64,000 nucleotides of DNA, taken from positions 158,999-222,998 of the forward strand of contig NMRA01000620.1 in the NCBI GenBank assembly GCA_002633005.1, given 5' to 3'. Positions 24,770 through 37,899 of this stretch are shown piece by piece. The stretch is from Phoronis australis. Lineage: Eukaryota > Animalia > Phoronida. The position numbers were made by a program, and so were the translations under genes. Each line of letters opens with the position of its first letter. The first letter of the stretch is position 1. The notes under the pieces are model-generated. The model made no database searches. It had not been told where the DNA came from and worked only from the letters and a program-made list of their open reading frames with translations.

Positions 24770-26811
24770 GTAAGTTAAACGTAATCACTTTAGTTTTCTT
24801 ATTCATTCGGACCGACGCCATGCGCGTAATATGTGAAAAGTAAGCCATTCAGGAGTGGTCGATAAGTCAAGAATGTATTCGCTCGAACAACAAAACCAGT
24901 TTTCCAGCAGACTACATATTCGTGTGCGTACAAAGGTGCAGCAAAAACAACAGAGTACGAACATAGTAAGACTGGTGGTACAATGGGAAGGCGGGCTATG
25001 CACAGGGTATTTACTGGGAAGTGGGGGCGCACGTTCAGAGGTCAGTGGATGGAACAAACGGTGTTGAGAATGTAGAGTCTTTGATTTATTACCATCGCAA
25101 AAATGGCCGTGAATATCAAATTTTACAGTGAATGTTTTAAGCACTTCTATAAGGAGTTAATTAAACAATGGTTAGAAAATGCAAGTTGAGGAACGGGTTG
25201 AGTTTAACATGAAACATAACTCCATTTTTCCTGCAGGCATATACCGTGTTATGTAAGTACCGTGGAACCAAATTGTATTTTTTATAAATACGAGAAGATG
25301 AATCCATGCAATATGTTTGATAACCAGCAGTAATTAACTACCGTTAATCTTCCAATCAAAGTCGGGTAATATGGCTAATTGCAATTCTTAATATGCAATG
25401 AGGATTATGAAATTGTTCATTCTCCGTCATAGAGTGATCTTCACCATTTTGGGTATGTTACGTTTAGGCTTACAGTTTCTGGGACTTCACGCACTCTCTC
25501 CAAACCATTTTCGATAGCTAAGAGCAGTTTCTCAGATGATCCTGGACAACGGGCATTGTCAACTGGCGGTGCTTTCAACATTTTGTGTAGAAATCGCCTT
25601 AAGCAAGTGGATGCTCGTATTTGAAAAACAAGTGTTCATTATTAGTTCTCACCACCACATTTTTCCAAAGTACACCTGTACCCTTACGTGAGAATATTGA
25701 ATGGCTTTGACGAATGCAGACTACACAACTCCTTCCTGTGTTATGTTGTGTTGGTTGTCTTTATATCTTATTCTTTTCATTAAAGAATTTTGACTGAGAT
25801 TCTACTCCATATATTCTGAGGAAAATCTCAAACTGTTTTACAGTTGACATATTTATATTTTTTACAGTTTAAATGAATAAATACATTTTGTTCTCACCTC
25901 AGCATTGCAAAAGCTGAGTATTCGATAATCCGGAGAATTTTGGAGGATTTTTTACTATCAAATAATTTAGTTCTCTGTTCTAAGGAGGGACTCGTATCAA
26001 ACTCTGATTTTAGTTAGAACTGCCAAGTTATTTTTATTGATTCAGTTTTATCTCACCTGAACTTAAGCTGTTTGTTTAGGTGTATTAGACGAACACCGTT
26101 TGTATTCAAAATGTATATATCAACTGAAAACCTTGATCGGAATTGTAAGATTCATCAGGATCCACTGATACAGACTCACTTTCAATGAAGGAAATTATTA
26201 TCAAGTTTGTAACGTAACTATGACAAGATGTCCACGTGGCATTATCAGCAATCGCTGAAGTGACCCTGGCCTTTTACGCACCAACGGAAGGCCTAGACGG
26301 GGCATCTGCAGAGGTTGAAGAGTTACTAGGGCTATTGATCATTTGACAAAAATATTTTAATTTAGTTGTTTTCGGCTCGAGACTGCGTTCTTCGGAAAAA
26401 AAACGATCGGCTACAACAATCCAAATTTTTAAGCCCGGTCTCTACGAACAGTGAACTTTCAGTTGTTTCCGAGCTCAGAACTCACACAGAAGTAGCACTG
26501 AGCTAAAAATTAAGGTTAATTTACAAGTGATCTCAATCAAAATGTTTAAATTTGAGAAAATGCTCACCGAAAGCACATTGTAGCTGATATCAGTTTTATA
26601 ATGGCGTCGGTAAAGACGTGAGGATGGCGTGATTGGTTGCAAAATGTGACAGTGTGGCCAAGTAGTCGGTGGTGCTGGTTACGATAATTATCGACACTCG
26701 GTGGTCAGTCTACTGCGTCACGTGAGATGTCGAGAATGTACGTTAACAGTACACATTCTAAACACGCAAGGAAGTATATGTCCTAAATTTGAGTACTTTT
26801 ATATTTTGCAG

Positions 26812-27842
26812 GATTTTTAGTTATTTTAGTTGAAGTTGGTGAAAGGCATCGAACACAGCTCGTACAAGCAGACTACGCCTTCAGGTTTGTTGGACCCTTA
26901 GTTGGCACATTGATTGTGCGGCCATTCCAGTCAAAAGAAATAGGCGGAACCCAGTCGTGGAATGAGACGTCTATGTCTTATTTTCCCAACGATAACTCGA
27001 CTTCTCTATGTACGCTTAACTGTAGTCTATCAGGTTCACGTCACTGGACTGAGTCTCATATTCTTTACGGATACGTAATACTTGGCTGTGCGTGTTTTAT
27101 ACCAGCTCTCTGTTTTTTCACTATATATTTCACGAAACCACCCAAAGATGAGGACACTGCCACAGGAAAATCAAAAGCACAAGAGTCAAGACCATTAAAA
27201 CAAGTATTCCATAATCGAAAAATTATCGCAATGGCTGTTTTAATGTTTTCGGTAGGCTTATGTTTTAATGCATCTCAGAAAGCGTACTTAGATCTTTTCA
27301 CTACGTTTTGCATTGAGTCCAAGGCAGACGTCACAAAGTCAGAAGCAGTCCTTATGATGTCAGTTTGCTATGGCGCGTTTACTTTCGGATGTATTATTGC
27401 TCTTTGGTTTTCTAAATTGATCGATCCATTTGTAATTATTTTTGTCAACGTTACGGTCTTGGCAGTTGTATTTCTGGTGCTGTGTTTTGCCGCCGAACGA
27501 AGCACGTTTCTTCTGTGGTTTTCATCCGTGTGCATTGGTCTTTGCTGTTGCCCCGTGCTTGCTTCCTCAATCAGTTTTTCTCTAGCGTGCATAGCGGATG
27601 ACTCAGTCATGGTGAACATTTGTGTAGCAGGCCAGATAGCGGGAACCATGGTATTGCCACCGACAATACCGCTCACGTTTGGTACAATCGGACCTATGGC
27701 ACTGATGTACTTTTGTTTTGGCGGCATGTTTATTGCGGTATTGCTCTTATTCCCGCTGTATCTTTTGATGAAATATTCAGCACAGGTCAAGGAATCAATG
27801 GACGAAGAAATGGTCACAATCTTGGACAGAAGTAAATATTGA
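26812..27842 (+). CDS. MFSD4-like MFS transporter gene 1, coding exon 3 (spliced protein ~471 aa)
   Basis: TTGCAG acceptor in compatible phase; open to TGA at 27842; multiple TM segments; loop with N-glycosylation sequons. Total CDS 102+283+1031=1416 nt. Confidence 0.92.
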
Positions 27843-28814
27843 AGAGTCAAGTAACGGGTTAAATTTTGGTGTTTGTGTCCACAAAAGTGATTATACGAGC
27901 TTTCCAATACAACATCTTGAACAAAACTTTATTTCATTAACTCGTTATCTATATTTCGCCCTGTTTAGCTGGGAAAAGAATGAACGTCGACATAAAGTGA
28001 TGGTATTCCGTTTCCTTTTCTACAGGCATCTCAGAGAATGCATATTTGCGCCATTTTCGAAAACGAAATTTTATGTTTAGCCAATCCCTACAGTATAAAC
28101 TCTGTCGTATTTTCTTGTGGTAACGCAAAGTGAATCGTATCTTTATAAGAAATATCATGAGTGCGATTGATGAGAATAAAAGAGCAAATCAGATTTTCGT
28201 ACTTAGCCTACTACTGTGCAAAAGTTAGATTTAACATTTTTACACTTTTATATTTTAATTCATTATTTTACTCTTTTTATTTGGTCAATCAATATCATTC
28301 ACAAAAACGCACAGGCAGTAATTTTCTCACCGCAAGTCAACGCCGGAAATAATTGCTCCTCCGCCATTGGTTACTTGGCGCCTCCGACACATCTCAACCA
28401 TAGCTGGCAGCACTGAAATAATCCTGGGGGCTAAATCCCCCAGCCCCCTATGGTGCGCCGCCCATAAAGATTATTGTTCAAAAGGGGTAAAATACATAAA
28501 CGACCGTCCCATACCTGACACTGAATAATAACAACAAACGGACAAAATCGGCGACAATGAAGCATGAATCACGATGAAATGTCCAATATTCAACTGAGAA
28601 TTACACTGATTTTATGTCAGACAATACTTCAACAGTTGTTCGGAGCTTTTTTATAAAAGTCTTCAATTTTCTTAAGTGAATGTGCTTTTCTTTTGCTTTT
28701 ATTTTCGTGAAAATCTGCGAGACCAATTATCGTCGACCTCTTTGTTCCACCACGTGACGGCAGTTAAGTCTTTACGGAAAGTCACTCAGCGACGTATTAA
28801 GATTATGAACTATG

Positions 28815-28928
28815 CCACAGGTCGTGGGTCGACGGGGTCGTGGGTTGTCGGCCGAGAGGGTTGTACATGTACGTCGAGCGGGTCGTGGGTCGAGGGGTGT
28901 GGGGGTCGAGGGGGTTTTAGAACAATCC
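28815..28928 (+). mobile_element. Isolated terminus of the Mutator-like family seen at 50956-53823
   Basis: GGGTCG-type repeats ending in GTTTTAGAACAATCC. Confidence 0.65.
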
Positions 28929-30999
28929 TGATCACAGTCATAATTAAGTCGGTTCAGCATTTTTGATGACAGCATTGGAGAACACTGCACGTTGCAAAAA
29001 GCCTAATATACATATACATGTATGACGTTTGTGTTCTAGTTTCGCACTCTTCAAGGTGATCAATTCAAACACCAGCACTTTCCATTCTTACAGTGGCACT
29101 CAGTAACCGATCAGTCTATGCGGACAGCTTGACGCAGCCAGCGCAAAGAATTTTGGTATGACACCGACAATTCATTAAATTCATTTGCAATATTCTTCGA
29201 TGTATCAAAGGTTTTTGATGCTTCGCATGTCCAAATGATGCTTTTCATGGAGTTTGAACATACCAACCAGCTAAAACTGCATTGTGATGGTGATGTAGTA
29301 ACATACATGTACATGTAATGTCTGAAATCATACCTCGTACATGTCACAACAAATTAATCAGCCATTTTTGAAAACATTTTAGGAGAAACTATTAATTAAT
29401 CTGAAATTAACTAACTTTTGACCCAGATATCAACGTGTTGAGAGTATTATTATAGATTATGTTGATATTCTCCACAGACAGGTTGCATGAGTTTCACCGA
29501 TAAAATAAAAAAACAAAGTCAGTATATACATAAGTTAAATTTTGTTACTGAAATTTTAACAAGAAAATGCAGAAAACAACTGGAGAGTGCTTAAAGGGGC
29601 TTTAACTCAAAGTTTGAGGCTACTGACAACGGTCTCAGAAAATTTGTAAAATTGTCCGAGTTTGCTGTACGATCCCCGGGGTTACTGCTTTAAGAGTCGA
29701 AGTTTGTGTTTTTCGGGCTCGTTAGCTGTTTTGAGAGTGTGAGACCCTCTTTTCGACTCCGGGATATCTGTTTTACTCCGGAGTTCCTGTTTCGAATAAC
29801 TTCCTTCTGAACATGACAAAAAGTCATTGGAATCACCCGTCACATGTAGCTGAAATTTTGCCAGGAGAATCATATCCACCTCAAACGACACTATCCTTCA
29901 TAATACACTCATGGATCTATCTATTATTATGCACCCCTGAAATTTCATTTGAAGCAATTGCAAACACGTCAGCTTAAAGTGACCTCTTTTGGTAACAGCA
30001 ATTATCCGTGTAAATTAGGCTCTGATATTTGATACTGTGTGGGCAAGTGTAATATTTATCCCCTTATCCAAAAATAAAATTTGATAAGTTTCAATGAAAT
30101 GATATTACCCCCTACGTGGGGATAGTCGTTTTGTTTTACCACCTAATCTAAGTACCCAAACTCAAACTAAGACACTGGTAAAAATATAGCAAGCTGGCTG
30201 TAACAGAATTTGTAGGCGGTTAATAAAAGTTACAATAATAAAGGTCCGAAATCTGGTCCTTTTTGATGTTATGTATAGAATTTCAACTGAAAATTCACAT
30301 TTCAGGTGTCAAGTACTGGTTGTAATTGCTCAGTAACATCAAATGCAAACATTGACTGGGAGCTTTTAAATAGTAGTAGAACAATTATTTAGCGTGCAGA
30401 ATTATCTTGTTTACAATTCCTCTGTTCATTGTATCAGGGTTGTCATCACACTCTCAGTGCAGAGGGTATTTTCAGCAAGTGACACCATGTGGCGCTACAG
30501 TAGTAGAACTTCCTGTTCACATGAAGAGATTTTTAAACAAGTGGCAAGCTGCATTAGACTACAGTAGAGTATGTACAATGAACCTGCAATGTGAGTGAGC
30601 CAGTTTTTGAATACGAACTCACCCTGACCAGAGTTGGAGTGTTTGGTATATTGCTCGGTGCACGTATTCACTTCCCTGGTTGAATGAAATGCTTTCTAAG
30701 GCATTGATAGACATACGTGTGATCTAGTAAGGGAATCTGCAATTGGTGACATTGCTCGACAGTGGTTGTCTTCCCCAGATGCATTTGGAGCATCAGCACA
30801 TTCATCGGCTTCTTATGAGAGAACGTCTAATGAAACTGAGTCTACGTTGGCGCTACACAAAGGCAAATGGGGGTCCAGATTTCCTTCTTACGTGAAAGCG
30901 TTGTTAACGGAAAGTTTGCAGCTGCCTTTTTGCAAGATCAGCATGAAAACGAGGCTTGTGTCAGAAAACAAACAAGGGTGACTAGGGGAAGACCAAGCA

Positions 31000-31400
31000 T
31001 ATCCATTTAGAAAAATATGATTTTGTTATACATGTACATTTGAAGAAAATCTGAATTTTTTTTGTAAACATTGGGGTATTGTTCGAGTGTCTGGAAAAGC
31101 TGTACCCTTTGCTCCCCGCATACCATGAAAGCAATGAAAACATGAGCATATGTCTGAGTGTCTCCATGGGAACACAGAGGTGAAATATTATTAAAATGAT
31201 ATCTAAATTTCTCGTTGTTTAGGAATAGACCGCATCTTGATCTGTGTAGGATTATTTCATGGTTGCAGGGAAGTTGAAATGATGTCAATGGGACTGGCAA
31301 GTCTTGAGTAGTGGTATGTAGTCTAACGTTATTTTTGAGAGTAACAATTGAAATGCTTTGTTTATTTTGGATGGTAAGGAATTCCAGTTGTCAATCCAAG
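31000..31400 (-). mobile_element. CR1-group LINE 3' fragment
   Basis: WNSLP motif at 31372-31386 (minus) followed by HRSRCG..LN...SPLCSHG..QT..H..; absent from the paralogous unit. Confidence 0.65.
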
Positions 31401-32757
31401 TTAATACCGTAGATCTCCTGAACGCTTGGCTGAGGGAGGATGGTATAGTGTACATGTATATATTACTTCGCCGCAGTCCACAGACCGTTGTGTTGAGCTG
31501 TGTTTACCTAATGTCTGTCATGAACTGAGTCGTTAATAAAAGTGTCGTTCATGAATTGTTTTCTCTTGACTTTGAATGCATGCCTTTTCATACCATTGAT
31601 GATCGCGCTTTTAGAATAATTTAACGTTGGGTTGACTGTCGACCGGTGTGCATGGACATCAAAATCCCTAGCAACCTGCGGGGATATTGCAATGTGAACG
31701 CAAAACTGCAATAAGTTTTGACAGAGTTAAAGATTTTTTGCGCTTAACAGAGGGTCATGACCCTAGGTGCCCCCTTCATATACCAATGTCTATCACAGCG
31801 AAAATAAGAAAACGAGTAAGGCAGATTCGGCTGGTAGTCGCGTCCAAAGTCTCCATGTAAACGAACAGCGACGCCATGTATCATTTAGACGAAGCATGCA
31901 TGCCAGTCACAATTTATGTACACAATTTTTTGTAATATGCAATAATCATCAGTGTGACTTTGTGAGAATGGCAATTAGTAGTGCTGCCTGCTTTTTTTCT
32001 CTAAAATACGAGCATTACGTCGTTTTGCAAGCTAATTACACGTTTCAAGAGGCCCCCTATTGGTGGTTAAGGCAACAGAGAACACGAAAACAGTACAAAG
32101 TGCAGTTCTTGTAATGCGTCGTAACCAACAACAACGGGAGAGACAAGAACAATTTTTAGATTAAGAAGAGGTTAGGAATGACTAAACAAATTATTATCAG
32201 TTGTTGGCTATGAAAAAACTAAACATTCAAGTTGTCCGCTAACTCTCACTGATTACTGGAAAGCATAATACTTGTATAACCTTACTTGCATATCAGTTTC
32301 GTAAAAGACGCTTCAGATTTTTTTGCTAAAGGCGTAGCACTTGAATGAGCTTCAGAGTCAAATTTTCTCATGGGACGAGAGTCCCGAGATATGCGGACTA
32401 CGTTCAATCAGCCTTGGCTGGCGTCAGCTCTTCAGATTGAGCTCGATCTATCAGTGGGAGACCTTTCAGATGTCTAATTAGGTTGTGCGTGTACAGTGGC
32501 AAATTTTAAATTCGCTTCCGCGGCCAAGTTGTTTGGAAAGGAAATGCGTTTCAGCAACTTCGAATGAACAAAGTTGTCCAACTATGATTTGAAGAGTGAA
32601 AGCCACGGTATTAGCCAAATGCTTTCTGCTAGTAAGTTGATTTGTGGAGGAACTTGACTCCCCGGGCTTTCTCTTTGCGCAGTTGACTTGGACCCGTTCC
32701 AGTGAAGGCAGTGAAAACTGATGCGATTACATATGTAAATACGTCATTAAATAATTG

Positions 32758-33653
32758 TGTAAGACGATTGTCTGTGGGTTTGTTTAAAAGGTAGCTATGC
32801 TTTGAGATTGTGCGTAGATGGAGAGTGAATAATGAAATCCAGTAATTATTTTATTATATGATAACCCCTAATTAGACAAAAGAAACCTATTGTTAATTAT
32901 ATGTAAGTAATCAACTACAAAGAGTAACTACACTAGCGAATTACTTTAATCAAACAACCAAAACGATCAAATGTCTTATCTGCTATCCAAGCTAGGACTC
33001 TCTACTTGTTGGATGTCTGTCCTGTTGGTGAATCTTCGAACTGCACACACACTGTATAGCGACAGTGTACACTTGCTGGTCACCGTCTTTGGTGATTCAA
33101 CACTTTCAGGCAATTTCTTCTACCCGCGATTCTTCTTGCTGGTCACAGTCTCTGGCTAATGACGCAACACTTCAGGTAGTACCTTACTACCCACAATACA
33201 AGTGACAAGCTCTTAGTTAACTTCCTGTTCGTTAACCCTTGCCCTTGCCAAGATCCTTTCTAGAATCTTCCACGAGATGGCTCTGTCGTACAATTGCTTC
33301 CGTACACCGTAGCAAGTCTTTATGCTTCAACTACTATAGCGCATCTAATTATCTTGTTGATTTCAGCCCATAATATAACATACTACTTATTTAGTGATTG
33401 GCTAATAAAAACCACATGATCATATCCACTCATATTATTGGCTGTTACGATTTGTTCTCAGAATTTTCTAGAATCTCTAGAGTACTTTGACCCCAGAACC
33501 CAAAGTTGTAAACACCATCTAAAAATAGATTTTGACGTTAAAATACATGTCAACAAGTCTGACCCCATGATTGAAAAGTACATATGCACAAATTTTGGGC
33601 AACTTAAAATGGATCTATTCTTACTAATTACATAATCAATATTTATTCTGACA
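32758..33653. mobile_element. Solo LTR (896 bp)
   Basis: TGTAAGA...TCTGACA with 5-bp TSD AATTG on both sides; absent at the paralogous site near 54455; inverted homolog at 44751-45641. Confidence 0.9.
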
Positions 33654-35052
33654 AATTGAATAGGCACAAAACCGTCACCCAGACAGAGATTGCGCAACTC
33701 AAAGCTGCTCACAAGAAAACTTGACAATGAGTACGGAGAGACGCGAAATGTATGACAAAGGGTAGAGCCTGCTGTAATGCAATACCTTTTGAATATCAGT
33801 GGAAGATGAACGGTGGCTTTTTGACAAGACAACGTGTAAAATCCAAACTTGAGACACCGTTTCAGCATAAAAAGGTGAGCGATGATCTTATGGTAAATTT
33901 AACAACTTTGCCAAAATGGTGACTGGCCGTCTTCCTGTAGGAGACAAAGCCTCTCAATATAATGTACAGCATGTGTATGAATGTATCCGTCTAAGAGAAG
34001 GGCTGTCGAATACATACTAGTACCTAGGTCTTCAGAAAAATGTTTCTAACGCACAAACCATTAATAAGTTGGCGAGTGCTATATGCTGTCTACAAGCCAA
34101 TGGTTTGACTGGTTATCGGGCTTATATTTGCACCTTGTTTGATTGAATAGGGATCTTTGGCCATCATGCCAGTGTCCACTGTGAAGGACTGTCATTCATT
34201 CCACCATATATTTTGCCAAGGTTCATCTTGGAGAAATAAAGCTTAACGCATGCACATGTACGGTGCATTAGGCGAATATGTCGAATTTGAAAACTCAACT
34301 AGTGGAGGTAGCCGTTAACGTATTTTTATTCTTACGCACATCTCAGCCATTTACCCAGGTTCATGTTGAGAAAGTCGAGACAGCGTCGTGCCGAGCGTGG
34401 ACTTCCTCTCGAGATTTGGTTGGCTCATGTTACGAATTAACCTAAGGCTTACCTGACTTCACTGAAACACAGTTTCTTCCCATTTTTGTGTTATCGTTCG
34501 GAGAATTAGTCTTTATTTAAACAAAAGTCCATAACTGATTACTTGCAAGAATTCGCCATTATGTCTGAAAACGAGGTGATGTGTCCAAACTGAAACAGTT
34601 TTTCATGTTTGGAACACGCGCGCTTTCACATTTGCATTGTTAAAAACGATACTAAAACGAGACATTTTGTGCTAAGCAACAATGCAAGACAATCATTTTT
34701 GCAGCGCCACCGAAGTGTGCAAGCAGTGAGCTCATTTTTGAAGCATCAAAACTGACCCATAAATAGTAGTAAAATTACATCTTGTACTGGATTTAGTCCG
34801 AGTCCTCCAGTAGACTGGTCCAAAACACATGGCTCACACGAAGCTGTTGCCAGTGTAATTGATATGGCCACAGGGAAAGTATTTGAGGACAACCTTGCGT
34901 AACCTGTCTGATGACGACTCAGTGTTCTGCGCACATCTTGAGTTTCAATATTTCGCTTAAAGGACTAATGTTTAGATGCGCATTGTTTGAATTGTACGAT
35001 GGCAAAATTTGATTGTAATGCATATTTTTGGCTTAACTTTCAGGCTAGCTAG

Positions 35053-35175
35053 ATGTGCACTTCAGTGGATCAGGAAGATCATTGTACCCATAGTGAAGAT
35101 GGTGACATCTCGCGTGGATATAGTAGACTGGACACCTTCCTGATCTTCGCCATCTTCCTCGCTACCTTCACACGC
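35053..35175 (+). CDS. MFSD4-like MFS transporter gene 2, coding exon 1
   Basis: MCTSVDQEDH...IFLATFTR (41 codons), GTAAGT donor at 35176; upstream TTTCAG acceptor. Confidence 0.85.
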
Positions 35176-35853
35176 GTAAGTACATGTAGAACTCATTATC
35201 GTTTAAATGACACATTACTTGATAATAAGTCATAATTCTGATGAAGAAACATGAATGAAATATTTGTGTTGCTAAAATTTCTGTGAGCATGAGATTTATG
35301 CGCAAGACCGTTGGCCGTAGCCCACAAGAGATTGATAAAATTACTCTTGTGGTCATATTCGGTGGGCCGTTTTGTTTTGGTCTTCGTTGCGTTACAAATT
35401 GTCGCAATTTTGAAAATAGTCACCGTGTTTAAACCTGCACGTTTTTGTTAAATTTGACATTGAAATTTCTTCGCTAATTCTATAAATTAGACGTGGAATA
35501 GAGCATAGTTAAAAGCAAAAAAAATAGTGTCAATAAAGAATAGCACTGCAAATAATATTTCAGAGGTTTTACAAGTCATAACAGACAACCCCTCAGTCAT
35601 TTTTAGCAACTGATTCAACAACCTGCTGTTTCTATAGCTGGCTCTCCATTGAATAACGCTGCAACTGTTGCTTCTATAATTGCAACGAAACTCAATTCTA
35701 ACTCCAACTTCAGCTCAAATTTCAGTTGAATTTCAACGCAAACCAGATTCTTCAAAATGTATTCTGAACTCATGCCCTTTCATCACGAATATATTATATT
35801 CAAAATTAAGTATAACATACTTTCCTGTCTGTAGCTACTAAAATTGCGATTAA

Positions 35854-37433
35854 AAGAGAATGCCACCCGATTTAATTAGACATTTTTACCATCTTAATCG
35901 GTCTGTATCCACATAGCCTCGCATAGGGTGGACCTTACCTTGCCGAGAGGTGTCGCGTTAACCTGTGAGGAAGTTGAGAAACGACGCATCGAAGTCAGTG
36001 GTTCATCTGCAGAGTTATTGCCGCTATGCATCATTCCCGTGAACTATGAAGCTGCGAAGAAAGCGGGTATATCGTTTTTTCGACTTCCTCGAGAGCCCGA
36101 AATGCTTAGGACGTGGCTCGCTGTAGTGAAGAATGAAAGGTACATGTACATGTACGCTGTTAATAGCAAGTATGAGGCCGTGAAACATATCAATGTCTGT
36201 GGCCGGCATTTCGTCGACAGTGATTTCTCTGACGAATGCCGGCTCACCAAAGAACTATCCATACGTTCCCTTGCCTGTGCATATTCACGGCGCATCTCTA
36301 TTATTTCTTGATCAGTGTATTCTGGTTCGAACTGATAGCCTGTGAAACCTAACGATCCGACCCGTGAAGTCTTCGTCGGATGAGCTCTTGACTAAGTCGG
36401 GATTGGCGCCGGGCGAGTTGCCATGTAGAGTTTATTATTCAGCGTTCTGTTTCAAAATGAATTGTTCTCATCCTAAAATGATCCTAACCAATGCTTATCT
36501 GAAACTGAAACAAAGTCTGTCTCATTAGATAGAATTTGTAATGCCTTGGAGTGCTCGTGAGTGCAAATGTTTTAAGAAGCCAGCAATGAATATACCAGTG
36601 CGTTACCGGCTTTGATGCCGGCAACAAAGGTAATTGACGAGACACCGAGGCCGTGTGAGCGCATGCTAATTCGAGTGTTTGCTGACTGAAAGCTGTTGTG
36701 AAACAATTACTCGTTTTGTTATGCTATGGTCACATGTTAGAAGAATCTTGTGTACTCCGGTTCAAACTGATAGCCTTTGAAACCTGACGATCCATCAGTA
36801 AAGTTTTCGTCGGATGAGCTCTCGTCTAAGTCGGGATTGCAAGTTGCCATGTGAACGTTTATTATGCTGCATTGTTTTTCAAAATGAATTATTCTCACCC
36901 TAACCAAAGCTTATATAAAACTGAAACAAAGTCTGTCTCATTCGATAGAATTTGTAATGCCTTTGAAGTATTCATGAGTGCAAATGTTATGAGAAGCCAG
37001 CAATGAATAAACCACTGCGTTACCGTCACCGAGGCCGTGTGAGCGCATACTAATTCAGTGTTTGCTGAGAGCAAGCTGTTGTGAAACAATAACTCGATTT
37101 TATATGCTATGGCCAAAAGTTAGGGGAATCTTTATTTAGAAATACGAATACATTATTCAAATCATAGTTACTGGCTGTACAACTTTTGCCCTGACGGTTC
37201 TGTGAAAGGTGAGCCTGCCCTTAGCAGCCTGTGACAATTAAGTAGATTTTCTATTTCGTGGCTAATTCACCAATATAATTACGTGCACGTTATTTCTGTG
37301 ACTCACTGTTATAGTCTGTTCGTGACTGGAGGTTTAGTTTCCAACTCAAGCTGGTTTATGTTCGTGATGTCCAGTCCCGGCGGCCGCGACGACCTGATCG
37401 GGTTCCGAGCCACTGGCTGGGATAACAAGCGTT
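35854..37433 (+). mobile_element. Kolobok-like internal-deletion derivative (THAP remnant), truncated at an N join
   Basis: TTAA|AAGAGAATGCCACCC terminus; THAP motifs ISFFRLP..WL..VCGRHF (ORF 35928-36311); internal ~435-bp tandem duplication (36316/36751); absent from gene 3 intron 1. Confidence 0.8.
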
Positions 37434-37899
37434 NTCGTCAACAATTTAGTCATTTTCCAGAAACAATGCGATATACATTATGTATACTCTCACACAAATT
37501 ATGAATGCTAACACAGTGTTCCTGTCCGCCTTTTCATGACCAGATTTAGGATCACCAAATAATGTAACTAGGGCTAAACAATTTTAGAGGTACTTCTCGA
37601 CTATCAGCCAATGGCTGTATTTCTCATGCTCCAGCGATAGAAGTATATTCTGCACCTTACTGGGTTACCAGAAATGGGTAACACTATTTGCGATTGGCTA
37701 ATGTTGTTTTTACAGCGACACCTAATGCAAAACAAATGTTGCATTCTAATGTATGTGAATGCAAACGTTTTGCAGAAATTGTGCAACTTGTAACGGGTAA
37801 CTTTTTGAATAGTGAATTATCAGAACTCAAATATCAGAAATCAGGAATGTTTATCACGGGTAGGCATTGACCTCACAATGCAGTTTACATAACAACTTA

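Larger units (their letters stand above)
29035..33940 (-). pseudogene. Degraded multi-exon minus-strand gene, Sola2-like transposase N-terminal half (copy A)
   Basis: Conserved blocks shared with 48020-54700 and bounded by minus-strand splice sites; motifs HATCL..EN.NII and LVCSNSMK...CE......VSYQ; many stops; interrupted by LINE and LTR insertions. Confidence 0.45.

Noticed and set aside
27368-27907. Long minus-strand ORFs (also 24459-24848, 42206-42439, 44148-44597)
   Set aside because: Antisense shadows of the hydrophobic transporter exons.
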